Shown: one piece after another, positions 9,357 to 18,459 of the stretch
How positions within the stretch are numbered: the first letter of the stretch is position 1
Layout: each line of letters opens with the position of its first letter
NCBI GenBank assembly: GCA_964575955.1
Contig: CAZNTG010000006.1
Coordinates: 64,001 to 128,000 of the forward strand
DNA length: 64,000 nt
DNA from: an uncultured Thermoproteaceae archaeon
GTDB lineage: Archaea; Thermoproteota; Thermoprotei; Thermoproteales; Thermocladiaceae
Direction: 5' to 3'
Notes under the pieces: generated by a model
Database searches by the model: none
What the model saw: the letters and a program-made list of their open reading frames with translations, nothing else
Told to the model about the DNA's origin: nothing
Position numbers and translations under genes: made by a program

Positions 9357-10538
9357 GTGATGAATAAGCATAATAGACTTGAATATATAAGGAAGAGAGC
9401 AGATGAAGTATTATCAAAGTTGAAGCATGATGGAGAGATTTTAGAACTTATAGCAAAGTCTGAGATAGAGCTACCACAAATACCTTATTATGAAGCATGT
9501 GAACTTGAAGGACCACTATACTACTCAATGATTGATAGAGCTAATGAGAAGTATTCGAATATACAGACTAGTAATCTAATATTAACATCATTACGTAGAG
9601 TTGTTATGGAAGAGATTGATCTAGATAACTTATGGTCACTTGCACAACCTGAAGAAGATCCACATCTAGCATTGATAGCTAAGTATGGTGATGATAGAGG
9701 TGCATATATTAGAGTACGTAGAGGATCTAAGGTAGGTCCTGTAAGAACATGTTACATATCTAGAACTCCCGGATCTGTACAGTTTGTACATAATGTATAT
9801 GTTGTTGAAGATAATGCAGAACTTCAAGTATTATCTACATGTCTAGCTGAGAAGTACATTCCTGAAATTTCTCATATAAGTTTAACAGAGGTTATATTAG
9901 GTGAGAATAGTAGATTTACAATGATAATGTACCATAGTTGGAATGAGACTACAAAACTTTGGTCAAGTCTTAGAATTCTTGCAGGTCCTCGAAGTAAGGT
10001 TACTATACTATACATAACTCACACACCTATAGGTAAGATGGATGGTGAGAGTAAGATTATTCTTAAAGATGAATCATCTCTAAACTACTCATCAATAATA
10101 TATGGTAGAGGCGGTTATTATAAATCTAGAGTTGAATCATATCTAGAAGGTTCAAACTCAAATTCAATAATAATATCGAGGATTATAGGATCACTAGGTT
10201 CACAGGTAGAGTCGATAACTAAGATTGTTGCTGAAGGTTCAGATAGTAGAGGGCATATAGAGTGTCTAGGAATAACGCTAGATCCTAAGTCTAGAATAGT
10301 TACAGTACCTGCACTTGAAGCAAAGAGAGATGATGTACAGCTTAGTCATGAGGCAGCTATTGGCAAGTTCTCTGAAGAAGAATTGGTGTATCTGATGAGT
10401 AAGGGATTAACAGAAGATGAAGCAAAGCAGGTACTTGTTAGAGGTTTTGTAAGTATAGAAATTCCAGAACTTCCACAAACTCTCAAAAATATTGTAGATA
10501 GAATAGTACAGAAACTCTCTAAATATCAATCAATCTAG
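9357..10538 (+). CDS. SufB/SufD-family Fe-S assembly protein
   Basis: RGHIECLG, VPALEA, LSHEAAIGK, YLMSKGLTEDEA. Confidence 0.9.
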   Translation: MMNKHNRLEYIRKRADEVLSKLKHDGEILELIAKSEIELPQIPYYEACELEGPLYYSMIDRANEKYSNIQTSNLILTSLRRVVMEEIDLDNLWSLAQPEEDPHLALIAKYGDDRGAYIRVRRGSKVGPVRTCYISRTPGSVQFVHNVYVVEDNAELQVLSTCLAEKYIPEISHISLTEVILGENSRFTMIMYHSWNETTKLWSSLRILAGPRSKVTILYITHTPIGKMDGESKIILKDESSLNYSSIIYGRGGYYKSRVESYLEGSNSNSIIISRIIGSLGSQVESITKIVAEGSDSRGHIECLGITLDPKSRIVTVPALEAKRDDVQLSHEAAIGKFSEEELVYLMSKGLTEDEAKQVLVRGFVSIEIPELPQTLKNIVDRIVQKLSKYQSI

Positions 10539-10632
10539 AATATATAGATAGTTGAAGCGTTTAGAATATTCTCAAAGTATAGTCTAGCTATGTAGAAAAC
10601 TTAATATAGCTTTACAATATCATCTTCAAGAC

Positions 10633-11097
10633 ATGTCATACGTACCTGTATACGAGTTACCGACAAGACCAAAACCTGGTGAGGAGATTGTACTTCCAAC
10701 AGGACAGAAGGTATATATTAGACCTGTAGGAATACCATGGATAGCACCTCCTAAGAAAGTTTGTCTTGATGAGAAATGTCCATGGCATGGTCATCTCAAG
10801 GTTAGAGGTGTCATTTTAGAAGTTAAGGTTGTTAAAGTACATCCAAAGTTTGTAGTTACACTACACGAATGGTTGAAGTATGATCATAAGTATAAGAGGT
10901 ATGAGTGGAGAAGAAAGAAGATACATGCAAGATTACCACCATGTATAGATGTTAAACCTGGAGATATAGTGTATATTGGAGAGACAAGACCATTAGCAAA
11001 GACTGTGTCATTTGTGGTTATTGGAACTAAAAATGATGTAATACCTGTCAAACCTATAGTTAAGAGACTTGGAGAAACAGAAGATTTGAGAATATAG
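10633..11097 (+). CDS. rps17: 30S ribosomal protein S17 (uS17) with N-terminal extension
   Basis: CLDEKCPWHGHLKVRG, YKRYE, HARLPPC, GETRPLAKT. Confidence 0.95.
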   Translation: MSYVPVYELPTRPKPGEEIVLPTGQKVYIRPVGIPWIAPPKKVCLDEKCPWHGHLKVRGVILEVKVVKVHPKFVVTLHEWLKYDHKYKRYEWRRKKIHARLPPCIDVKPGDIVYIGETRPLAKTVSFVVIGTKNDVIPVKPIVKRLGETEDLRI

Positions 11098-11145
11098 TCA
11101 GACTTGAGGCATCATCACAGTCTCAGCCGAAATCCGATACATCAC
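11098..11145 (-). ncRNA. box C/D guide sRNA
   Basis: Minus strand: GTGATGT-atcggatttcgg-CTGA-gactg-TGATGA-tgcctcaagt-CTGA, filling the gap between two convergent genes. Confidence 0.78.
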
Positions 11146-11148
11146 CAA

Positions 11149-11574
11149 TTAGCTAGATACATATCCCCTATATATTCCATAGTTCGTATATACAACAATA
11201 GTATACACATCATAACATTGAGAACCTTCAAAATATATACTCAATACCTGTCCAGGTCTTATCGTAATTGGAAGTTTTAATTTTTGATTATTTAGACTTA
11301 CACTAGATAATTCACAATTTGAAATCTCATTTCCTGAACTATCAAATAGTTTTATAGATTTAATACGAACTTCACCAACACCAATATTCCTGATATCTAC
11401 AATAAGCTTACTATTACCGATAAGATATCCATTAACTGCAATCTGCGCACTACTACTAATACCACCTGTCATTAATGTGTATATTATTGCACCTAGAGTT
11501 ACTGATGCTAAAATTCCAACAATAGCCCAAACTATATCTGATAATGCACCTCTTCTAGACTTTGATAGCTTCAT
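11149..11574 (-). CDS. Type IV pilin-like protein
   Basis: Class III signal peptide MKLSKSRRG/ALSDIVWAIVGILASV, then a hydrophobic helix and a beta-rich domain (IRNIG, IRPGQ). Confidence 0.8.
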   Translation of the reverse strand: MKLSKSRRGALSDIVWAIVGILASVTLGAIIYTLMTGGISSSAQIAVNGYLIGNSKLIVDIRNIGVGEVRIKSIKLFDSSGNEISNCELSSVSLNNQKLKLPITIRPGQVLSIYFEGSQCYDVYTIVVYTNYGIYRGYVSS

Positions 11575-11779
11575 GAGAGATTGTTTTTAAAATTATGTTA
11601 ATAATACAGTCTGTAAGTGTGTAGATGTATTGCTATAGTCTTCTTGAATATTCTTAGGATGTTTATTTACACACTTAACATGTCTATATTATGAGAATAG
11701 TGTATTTTTCTAAACTTTTTTCACATATTTCTACACCATCTCAACATACACTAAGTTTATTAGGTAGAATTTCTCTACT

Positions 11780-12982
11780 ATGTGTAGCTTAGGGGAAATG
11801 TTTCATAAGACTGATTCAGGTAGAGAAAGCTACAGACCTATATCTGTAGTTGACTGTATTAGAAAGATTAGAGATCTCTCAAGTCTTGTACTAGACTTAA
11901 CATACTACGCTCTACTATATCAGGATAGAGAGCTTGCACAGGTTGCATATGCTACTGGTGAAGAGACTATAAACTATTGGAGAGAGATGATGAAACATGC
12001 ATTTATGGCTATGAGCATGGTTCCTGAGATGGAGAAAGTCATCAGCAGTTTTATAGAAATTGCACACCATATGAGGAGAGCTGTAGATGTGTTACTAGAT
12101 TTTTGTAAACTTATACAGCTTGGATATAGACCACACTCAGCACTTATAAAGGCTGTAGAATTGAGTGAGGAGCAGGTTGCCATTGTTGAACTTCAAGATG
12201 GTATGACTATAGAAGAGTTGATCGATAAGATAGAGGCTTCTCTAGATGTGATAGCTGTTAAATGTGGTACTGCATGGTTTATAGATCCATCAAGAGATAG
12301 ATATCTACATAAGGGAGATTTACTAATTGTAAGAACTACAAATGATGTACTATCAAGAATTGAAGAGTTGAATATTGGAAAAATTAGAAGACCTAAAGTA
12401 GAGTGTGAAATACATAGATTAGAGGATGTTGAAGACATTGTAAAAGAGTTAGCATATATGAAGAATTTGAGTGAAGTTGCACTAGATTTAGCATATCTAA
12501 CAGTACTATCACTAGACCCATCAATAGTTGAAGAGGTTGAAGATATAGAACACTACTTTGATATTAGACATATAGAACTTGAAAAGAAGATATATAGAAA
12601 GTTGAGTGGAGATCCTGTAGAGATAATAACAACTATAAGATACATACTATGTCTAGAGGAGATTGTAGATTCTGCTAGAAGTCTAGCAGTATCTGTTAAA
12701 AAATGTCCAGAACTTGCATATATTCTTCAAAAAGCTGTTAGAGAAAGTGAAGAAGTGCTACTTAAAATAGTACTACAGAAGTCAGGAAGTATGAAATTGA
12801 AAGATTTGGCACTAGATGACTTAGGCTTAACAGTACTTGCAATAAAGAGAAAAGGAGACATAATAGTTCTACCAAGCCAAGAAATTGAATTAAAGGATGG
12901 AGATGTATTAATAATAAAATGCTTCAGAGAAGCTCTAGATGAAGTTAAGGAGAGATTAAGAATACCAATACAATCATTCTAA
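11780..12982 (+). CDS. PhoU-domain/TrkA-C (RCK_C) repeat protein
   Basis: Two PhoU-like helical units (LVLDLTYYALL; VALDLAYLTVL), each followed by an RCK_C-like unit (VLAIKRKGD...LKDGDVLII). Confidence 0.8.
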   Translation: MCSLGEMFHKTDSGRESYRPISVVDCIRKIRDLSSLVLDLTYYALLYQDRELAQVAYATGEETINYWREMMKHAFMAMSMVPEMEKVISSFIEIAHHMRRAVDVLLDFCKLIQLGYRPHSALIKAVELSEEQVAIVELQDGMTIEELIDKIEASLDVIAVKCGTAWFIDPSRDRYLHKGDLLIVRTTNDVLSRIEELNIGKIRRPKVECEIHRLEDVEDIVKELAYMKNLSEVALDLAYLTVLSLDPSIVEEVEDIEHYFDIRHIELEKKIYRKLSGDPVEIITTIRYILCLEEIVDSARSLAVSVKKCPELAYILQKAVRESEEVLLKIVLQKSGSMKLKDLALDDLGLTVLAIKRKGDIIVLPSQEIELKDGDVLIIKCFREALDEVKERLRIPIQSF

Positions 12983-12983
12983 C

Positions 12984-13796
12984 ATGTTGAAACTATTTGA
13001 AGAATTTAGAACATTATACAAATACTATCTTAAAGATCCAATACAGTACATATACGTCATAGTTGATCTATTACAATACCACGATACTAGCATTGTCGAT
13101 ATACTTAATATAGAACCAATAAGACTAGTTTTAACATATGTACACAACTTCTATAAGATAGGTTCAATATACATATATACAGACGATATAGATATTGAGA
13201 AATTAAGATACTTTCTAGAATATTGCATATCTAGAAATTGTAAGAAAATATATATATACATACCTTACATATCTTCTACATATAGTAAAGTATTGAAATT
13301 AGTATCTGAATATGGATTAAATATTTATAGAAAGTCTACATGGATAACGATGTATCTTACATATGATAGATTTAGACCAAAATACTTAAACTATGATGTA
13401 CATATCTTAAGACCTGAAAATGATTATCATGTTAAAATATTTATGAAGCATATGAAGTATGATAGGAATATAGAGTTAGAATATGAGAAATGTGTAGAAT
13501 TTTTGAGAAAGAATTGTGTATATGCTATAGTTAAGGATGATGAGATATTGTCGATAGGGTATGTCTATATTAATGATGGTAGAGTTGCAGGTATTGGTGG
13601 TGTATTTACAAAACCTGAGTATAGAGGTAGAGGACTTGCAAAAACACTTCTATCTCATATGTGTAGAGATTTGTTAAAACTTAACATAACACCGTTTCTA
13701 CATGTTGAAGATTGGAATTTACCTGCACTTAGACTTTATAGATCTCTAGGGTTTGTAGTTCATGATTGTGTTATGCTTATCGTTGTAGGTTATTAA
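12984..13796 (+). CDS. GNAT-family acetyltransferase
   Basis: VFTKPEYRGRGLA and NLPALRLYRSLGF. Confidence 0.9.
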   Translation: MLKLFEEFRTLYKYYLKDPIQYIYVIVDLLQYHDTSIVDILNIEPIRLVLTYVHNFYKIGSIYIYTDDIDIEKLRYFLEYCISRNCKKIYIYIPYISSTYSKVLKLVSEYGLNIYRKSTWITMYLTYDRFRPKYLNYDVHILRPENDYHVKIFMKHMKYDRNIELEYEKCVEFLRKNCVYAIVKDDEILSIGYVYINDGRVAGIGGVFTKPEYRGRGLAKTLLSHMCRDLLKLNITPFLHVEDWNLPALRLYRSLGFVVHDCVMLIVVGY

Positions 13797-15121
13797 TATC
13801 TATCTAATTCAAGTTTTGTAATATATGTCTGTACTTCACTTCTAGGATTAATCTCAAATGCTATTGGTGTTAACATTATCTTTCTAACTTCTTCCATATT
13901 TCTAGTTTTTGCTAATGTCCAACATAGTTTTACATATGCTGTTTCAGGATGCATATCTTCTGCAGGTATTACACCAATTTTTAGAAGTTCTACACCTCTC
14001 CTATACACGTTTAGATTTACTCTACCAAATATTGTTTGACTAGCAATAACTACAGGTATCTCTTCTTCAATTGCTCTTCTAATAGGTTCTAGAAGTTCTT
14101 TACGTACATGTCCAAATCCTGTTCCTTCAATAACTATCCCATGATATTTCTTATCTATGAGGTAGTGTATTATTTCAGGATCCATACCTGGGTAGAATTT
14201 TACTAGTGCAACTTTATTATCAAACTTGTTTTCAAGTATTATACTACTTCTATCACTATTTCTAGGTAGGTATCTTCTTGTTCTCAATTCAAATTCTAGC
14301 TTTTGTGGATATACAAATGCTATCGGTTCACTATTAATACTTACAAATGCATCTCTACGTGATGTATGCATCTTTCTAACTTTAGTACCTCTATGTACTG
14401 CTACTACACCATCGTTCGTTGTGTAATGCATAACTATGACAGATTCTCCAAATGGTGCTTTAATACATGTTAATACTGCTGAAAGTAAGTTTTCAAATGC
14501 ATCACTTGAAGGTCTATCACTACTTCTTTGAGAACCTACTAATGCTACAGGACCAGGAATGTTACGTAGTGCAAATGCTAATGCTGCAGATGTGTAATGC
14601 ATTGTGTCTGTTCCATGTAGAATAACAACACCATCAACACCATCAAGAAATGCCTTATATGCACTTTCAGCAATTTTTGACCATGTTTCAGGTGTGAAAT
14701 CTTCACTAAATATTGCCATTAGATTTAGAAGTTCTATACTTGCAATATTTCTAAGCTCTGGATATAGTTCATATAGATCTTCAAGACTAAAACTTGGATA
14801 TACAGCACCTGTAACATAGTCAACCTTAGACATTATTGTACCTCCCGTAGCTACTAGTCTAACTCTAGGTAAATTACCTCCAGACTTAACTAGATGACCA
14901 ACAGGAATTTCAACAGATTTTGAAGATTCTTTACCAATAACTTCAAATCTCTCAATTTGGTCAACCCTAATACCTACATTATACCCATTTGGAAGTTTTA
15001 ATACTATAACATCAGGACTTGCAGTTTCAGGTTTTGGAAGAACAACACCTTCTAAGATAGTTCCATATTTTAAGAAGATTCTAACACGAGAAAACTCTTC
15101 AATATTCAATCTAGAAGACAT
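13793..15121 (-). CDS. gatD: Glu-tRNA(Gln) amidotransferase subunit D
   Basis: KLPNGYNVG, TGGTIMSKVDY, HGTDTMHY, GSQRSSDRPSSD, KMHTSRRDAF. Confidence 0.96.
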   Translation of the reverse strand: MSSRLNIEEFSRVRIFLKYGTILEGVVLPKPETASPDVIVLKLPNGYNVGIRVDQIERFEVIGKESSKSVEIPVGHLVKSGGNLPRVRLVATGGTIMSKVDYVTGAVYPSFSLEDLYELYPELRNIASIELLNLMAIFSEDFTPETWSKIAESAYKAFLDGVDGVVILHGTDTMHYTSAALAFALRNIPGPVALVGSQRSSDRPSSDAFENLLSAVLTCIKAPFGESVIVMHYTTNDGVVAVHRGTKVRKMHTSRRDAFVSINSEPIAFVYPQKLEFELRTRRYLPRNSDRSSIILENKFDNKVALVKFYPGMDPEIIHYLIDKKYHGIVIEGTGFGHVRKELLEPIRRAIEEEIPVVIASQTIFGRVNLNVYRRGVELLKIGVIPAEDMHPETAYVKLCWTLAKTRNMEEVRKIMLTPIAFEINPRSEVQTYITKLELDRY

Positions 15122-15154
15122 TTAGAAAGAGTGATTTTATATATGTTAAATTTA

Positions 15155-15313
15155 TTATGCTGTAGAGCTTGCCTGAGCTGCGTATAGTATTCTCCTTCTA
15201 TAGTTTCTCCAATTTCTTCTTCTAGGCGGTAGATCCTTCTTTGGCTTTGGTGGTATTTTAGGTGTTTGACTTCTAACCTTACCTGCCTTCGTAATTGAAC
15301 CGTGGCTACCCAT
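15155..15313 (-). CDS. rps30e: 30S ribosomal protein S30e (52 aa)
   Basis: Manual translation MGSHGSITKAGKVRSQTPKIPPKPKKDLPPRRRNWRNYRRRILY...; GAGGTG SD upstream. Below the ORF-track size cutoff. Confidence 0.95.
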   Translation of the reverse strand: MGSHGSITKAGKVRSQTPKIPPKPKKDLPPRRRNWRNYRRRILYAAQASSTA

Positions 15314-15354
15314 AGCTAGTACACCTCACTACTCTAGGGTTTAAAAACCGAACT

Positions 15355-15654
15355 CTATCTAGCTCTAGCAGCTGCCTGTCTAGCTCTCTTAAATATGTAT
15401 GCAGGTATTAGACTTACATAACTTACAACTACAAGACCAGCACCACCCATCAAGTAAAAACTTTGCTTTGGAGGATATCCTAACACTAATGCTAATCCAA
15501 GACCAACTAGGTACACTACTAGACATATGAAGTCTAGTATTATGCTAATCACTAGGTGATCTATACTACCAGTAACACCATATATTATAGCACCTATCCA
15601 TGCAAGTACACATATACCAGCTAGAAACACGTCTAGTGCAAATACATCTACCAT
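15355..15654 (-). CDS. Small membrane protein (about 3 TM helices)
   Basis: Hydrophobic segments, basic C-terminus, AT-rich TATA-like box upstream. Confidence 0.65.
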   Translation of the reverse strand: MVDVFALDVFLAGICVLAWIGAIIYGVTGSIDHLVISIILDFICLVVYLVGLGLALVLGYPPKQSFYLMGGAGLVVVSYVSLIPAYIFKRARQAAARAR

Positions 15655-15702
15655 AAGTATATTTATGTATTGAACATTTTAAACTATTAAAGCTTGTGAA
15701 TA

Positions 15703-15719
15703 GAGAAAGATTTTAAAAT
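15703..15719 (+). promoter_or_regulatory. BRE-TATA promoter of tRNA-Leu
   Basis: GAGAAAGA followed by TTTTAAAAT, ~27-35 nt upstream of the tRNA 5' end. Confidence 0.6.
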
Positions 15720-15745
15720 ACCTAAATCAACTACGTTTCAAGATA

Positions 15746-15833
15746 GCGGGGGTGCCCGAGCCTGGCCAAAGGGGGCGGGTTGAGGTCCCGCTGGCGTAGG
15801 CCTGCGTGGGTTCAAATCCCACCCCCCGCACCA
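15746..15833 (+). tRNA. tRNA-Leu (anticodon GAG), intron-less, CCA encoded
   Basis: Acceptor GCGGGGG/CCCCCGC-A-CCA; anticodon arm GCGGG-TTGAGGT-CCCGC; long variable arm; T arm GTGGG-TTCAAAT-CCCAC. Confidence 0.97.
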
Positions 15834-17206
15834 GACCTATATACTATGTTTGTTATAACTTCTTCAGGTCTCTTATAGAATTCTGAGATTATACTGAGCT
15901 GTTGTGTATATGATTTTCTGACTAGATTTTTAATAATTTCTCTTCTATACTCAATCTCATCTCTAGGTATTTCTACACTATTTGGGATATATATATCTGA
16001 TACTTTTCTAATTTTTCTACAAATTCTAACACCATCTAGCTCAACTATTGTTGTACCTGTATGCATTTTAACTACAGCAATTTCTTTCAAAATATTTTGA
16101 CTATTTTCAATCATATTTGATAACCTCATTTTCAATTTATCATAACTATCTGCGTGAAATGTTGTAACACCACCATGACCTGTAGTTACGGCATCAATCC
16201 ATGCTTGAACTTCATCTCTAGTTCTAACCTCATTAACAATAATGTAGTCAGCACCTATTCTCAATGCATGAGCTATTAAATCTGACTTTGTAATTGATTT
16301 AACTCCAAGTCCATAGGATCTTCTTTCAATCAACTTAACAACATTATGACCAGGAAGTGTCATCTCATCAACATCCATTATCAATGCTTTAAATAGTGTT
16401 GGATTACTACAAAATGTTATTGCATTAGCTAGACTAGTCTTACCAGAACCCATAGGACCTATTATCAATATTGGTATCTTATTATCAAATAAATACCACA
16501 ATAATGCACATTGAGTAAAATCTACACTATCTCTAACAATAAGATCACCATAAGTCCAAGGACTTCTCGGTAAGATTCTAATATGTATGTAAGGTTCAGA
16601 TATTGGTTTTATCGAAATTGAAAATCTAACTCTAAACTCATGATCAGTAACTGATATCATAGGCATGTATGTTGTTATTGGACTACTAGATCTCTCAGCA
16701 ACACGAGAAATTACATATTCCAAAAAATCTTTAAGACTATATACCCTTCTATAAAGTCTATGCTTTACAAATTTAAGTATTGTAGATTTAAAATCTACGT
16801 ATGTATTTTCAAACTCAACATTAACTTCACAAAGACCGAAATCAGAATGATATGCATAGAAGTTTGATGTTGTTAAGTATATATCAGTAATCTTGTCATA
16901 TAATAATAATGGTGTTAAAATACCATAATATTTAAACCACCTAGTCCAAACTAAGCTAATATCCTCATAATTAACATTTAGAGATTTAGAAATTTTCTTA
17001 ATAATACTATCAACATCCTTACCTGAAATTACTAGACTATATATGAAATACGGATCTACATGTTGTATACCTTCATCAACATCATCATATAGATATATTA
17101 TGAATGTTGAACCTATCTGACGTATATCTATTATTGATCTAACTAGGAAATCTACAATAAAACTTTCAACAAGTTTACCATTAGGTTTTGACTTACTTAT
17201 AAGCAC
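15812..17206 (-). CDS. Type II/IV secretion ATPase (VirB11/TadA/FlaI-like)
   Basis: Walker A GPMGSGKTS, ALRIGADYIIVNEVR (Walker B), His box TGHGGVTTFHA. Confidence 0.9.
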   Translation of the reverse strand: MLISKSKPNGKLVESFIVDFLVRSIIDIRQIGSTFIIYLYDDVDEGIQHVDPYFIYSLVISGKDVDSIIKKISKSLNVNYEDISLVWTRWFKYYGILTPLLLYDKITDIYLTTSNFYAYHSDFGLCEVNVEFENTYVDFKSTILKFVKHRLYRRVYSLKDFLEYVISRVAERSSSPITTYMPMISVTDHEFRVRFSISIKPISEPYIHIRILPRSPWTYGDLIVRDSVDFTQCALLWYLFDNKIPILIIGPMGSGKTSLANAITFCSNPTLFKALIMDVDEMTLPGHNVVKLIERRSYGLGVKSITKSDLIAHALRIGADYIIVNEVRTRDEVQAWIDAVTTGHGGVTTFHADSYDKLKMRLSNMIENSQNILKEIAVVKMHTGTTIVELDGVRICRKIRKVSDIYIPNSVEIPRDEIEYRREIIKNLVRKSYTQQLSIISEFYKRPEEVITNIVYRSGAGGGI

Positions 17207-17351
17207 GTATAGTTACATATCTTAACATTACTAAATTCCAATCATATTGGGAGCTATAGAAACTCGATATAAATATTTAATGAGTATATACCTGATAGAA
17301 TAAGACTATTCAGGACGTACAAAAAAGATCATTGCATATCTTAAGTACTAA

Positions 17352-18077
17352 GTGGAAATATGTGAAACCATGAGTGTAAGACATAGATATAATATAACAA
17401 CATTTGACAATTTAGTATTAAGAACTTACAATCCAACAACATACATACCTCTCAATATTTGGGAAAGAATGTATAAGAGAGGAGAATTAACTATAAAGAG
17501 CTTAATAATACTTGGATGGAGAGTTAAATCATTAAGAGAGTGTAGACTATTTGGATTAGCATTCTCAGACTTACATGATCAGGATAGACTACTAGACATA
17601 GTATCGGTATTAGGTAACTATAAGAAGAGAGTTCATATAAAATTTACAAGTAGAGAATCGAGTATAGTATCAAAAATATATGAACAACATATAAGATATA
17701 GAACAACTATAAGCAATTACCTACTATATCTTTTTCTAACAGGATTTTATGCAAATTCAAGAGTAGTCACACATTACTCAAACTCGATAGATAGAATAAA
17801 ACTTGCATATGAGGATGAAAATATGCTTAAAGAAATGATGAAAACAGTGTTAAAAAACGTATTAAAAAATTATGAAGATATAGTGATATTTAAGAATAGG
17901 ATTATAACTGAATTATCGAGAACTCGTAGAAGGAGTACAATAAGGCATATTAAGAGAATTAATAATGAAAATGATAAAGAGAGATTGATATCATATATAT
18001 TAGACTCAGTGATATTTAATATAAAACCAGGAGCATTATTGAAGACCTATGTAAAAAACTGCATAGGATATGTATAG
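17352..18077 (+). CDS. Hypothetical basic protein (probable start ATG 17370)
   Basis: Long ORF; CTTAAGTA box at ~17340; overlaps the next gene. Confidence 0.65.
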   Translation: MEICETMSVRHRYNITTFDNLVLRTYNPTTYIPLNIWERMYKRGELTIKSLIILGWRVKSLRECRLFGLAFSDLHDQDRLLDIVSVLGNYKKRVHIKFTSRESSIVSKIYEQHIRYRTTISNYLLYLFLTGFYANSRVVTHYSNSIDRIKLAYEDENMLKEMMKTVLKNVLKNYEDIVIFKNRIITELSRTRRRSTIRHIKRINNENDKERLISYILDSVIFNIKPGALLKTYVKNCIGYV

Positions 18078-18459
18078 AATATTTTTAGCAATATCAGCTG
18101 AGAGTATAAGTAAGAATGTTATAGAACCATTCCTAAAATCTGCATACGACATCGTATCTATAATAGGTGGTTTAGCATTATGGGCTTTAATAATAATGTC
18201 TATAGTGAAGTTAATAGAGAGTAAACTCGGACCAACAGGTTGGTATAGATCTGCAGCTATGACAGGTCTATTTGAACTATTTAAGAGATTTCTAATAGCA
18301 ATAGCAATATTCTACGTAATAACATACATAATTGCATATATAATGAGCTCAATGGGTACAACTATAAATCCAACACAACTTGCAACAAACATCTTACTAA
18401 ACATGTTATTTAAACCATTCACAACACTGTACAAATATGTGATAAGTACAGGTAAATGA
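18070..18459 (+). CDS. Small two-TM membrane protein, putative VirB2/CedA1/TedC-like pilin
   Basis: Two hydrophobic helices separated by a short charged loop (KLIESKLGPTGWYRS). The function call is inference. Confidence 0.55.
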   Translation: MYRIFLAISAESISKNVIEPFLKSAYDIVSIIGGLALWALIIMSIVKLIESKLGPTGWYRSAAMTGLFELFKRFLIAIAIFYVITYIIAYIMSSMGTTINPTQLATNILLNMLFKPFTTLYKYVISTGK

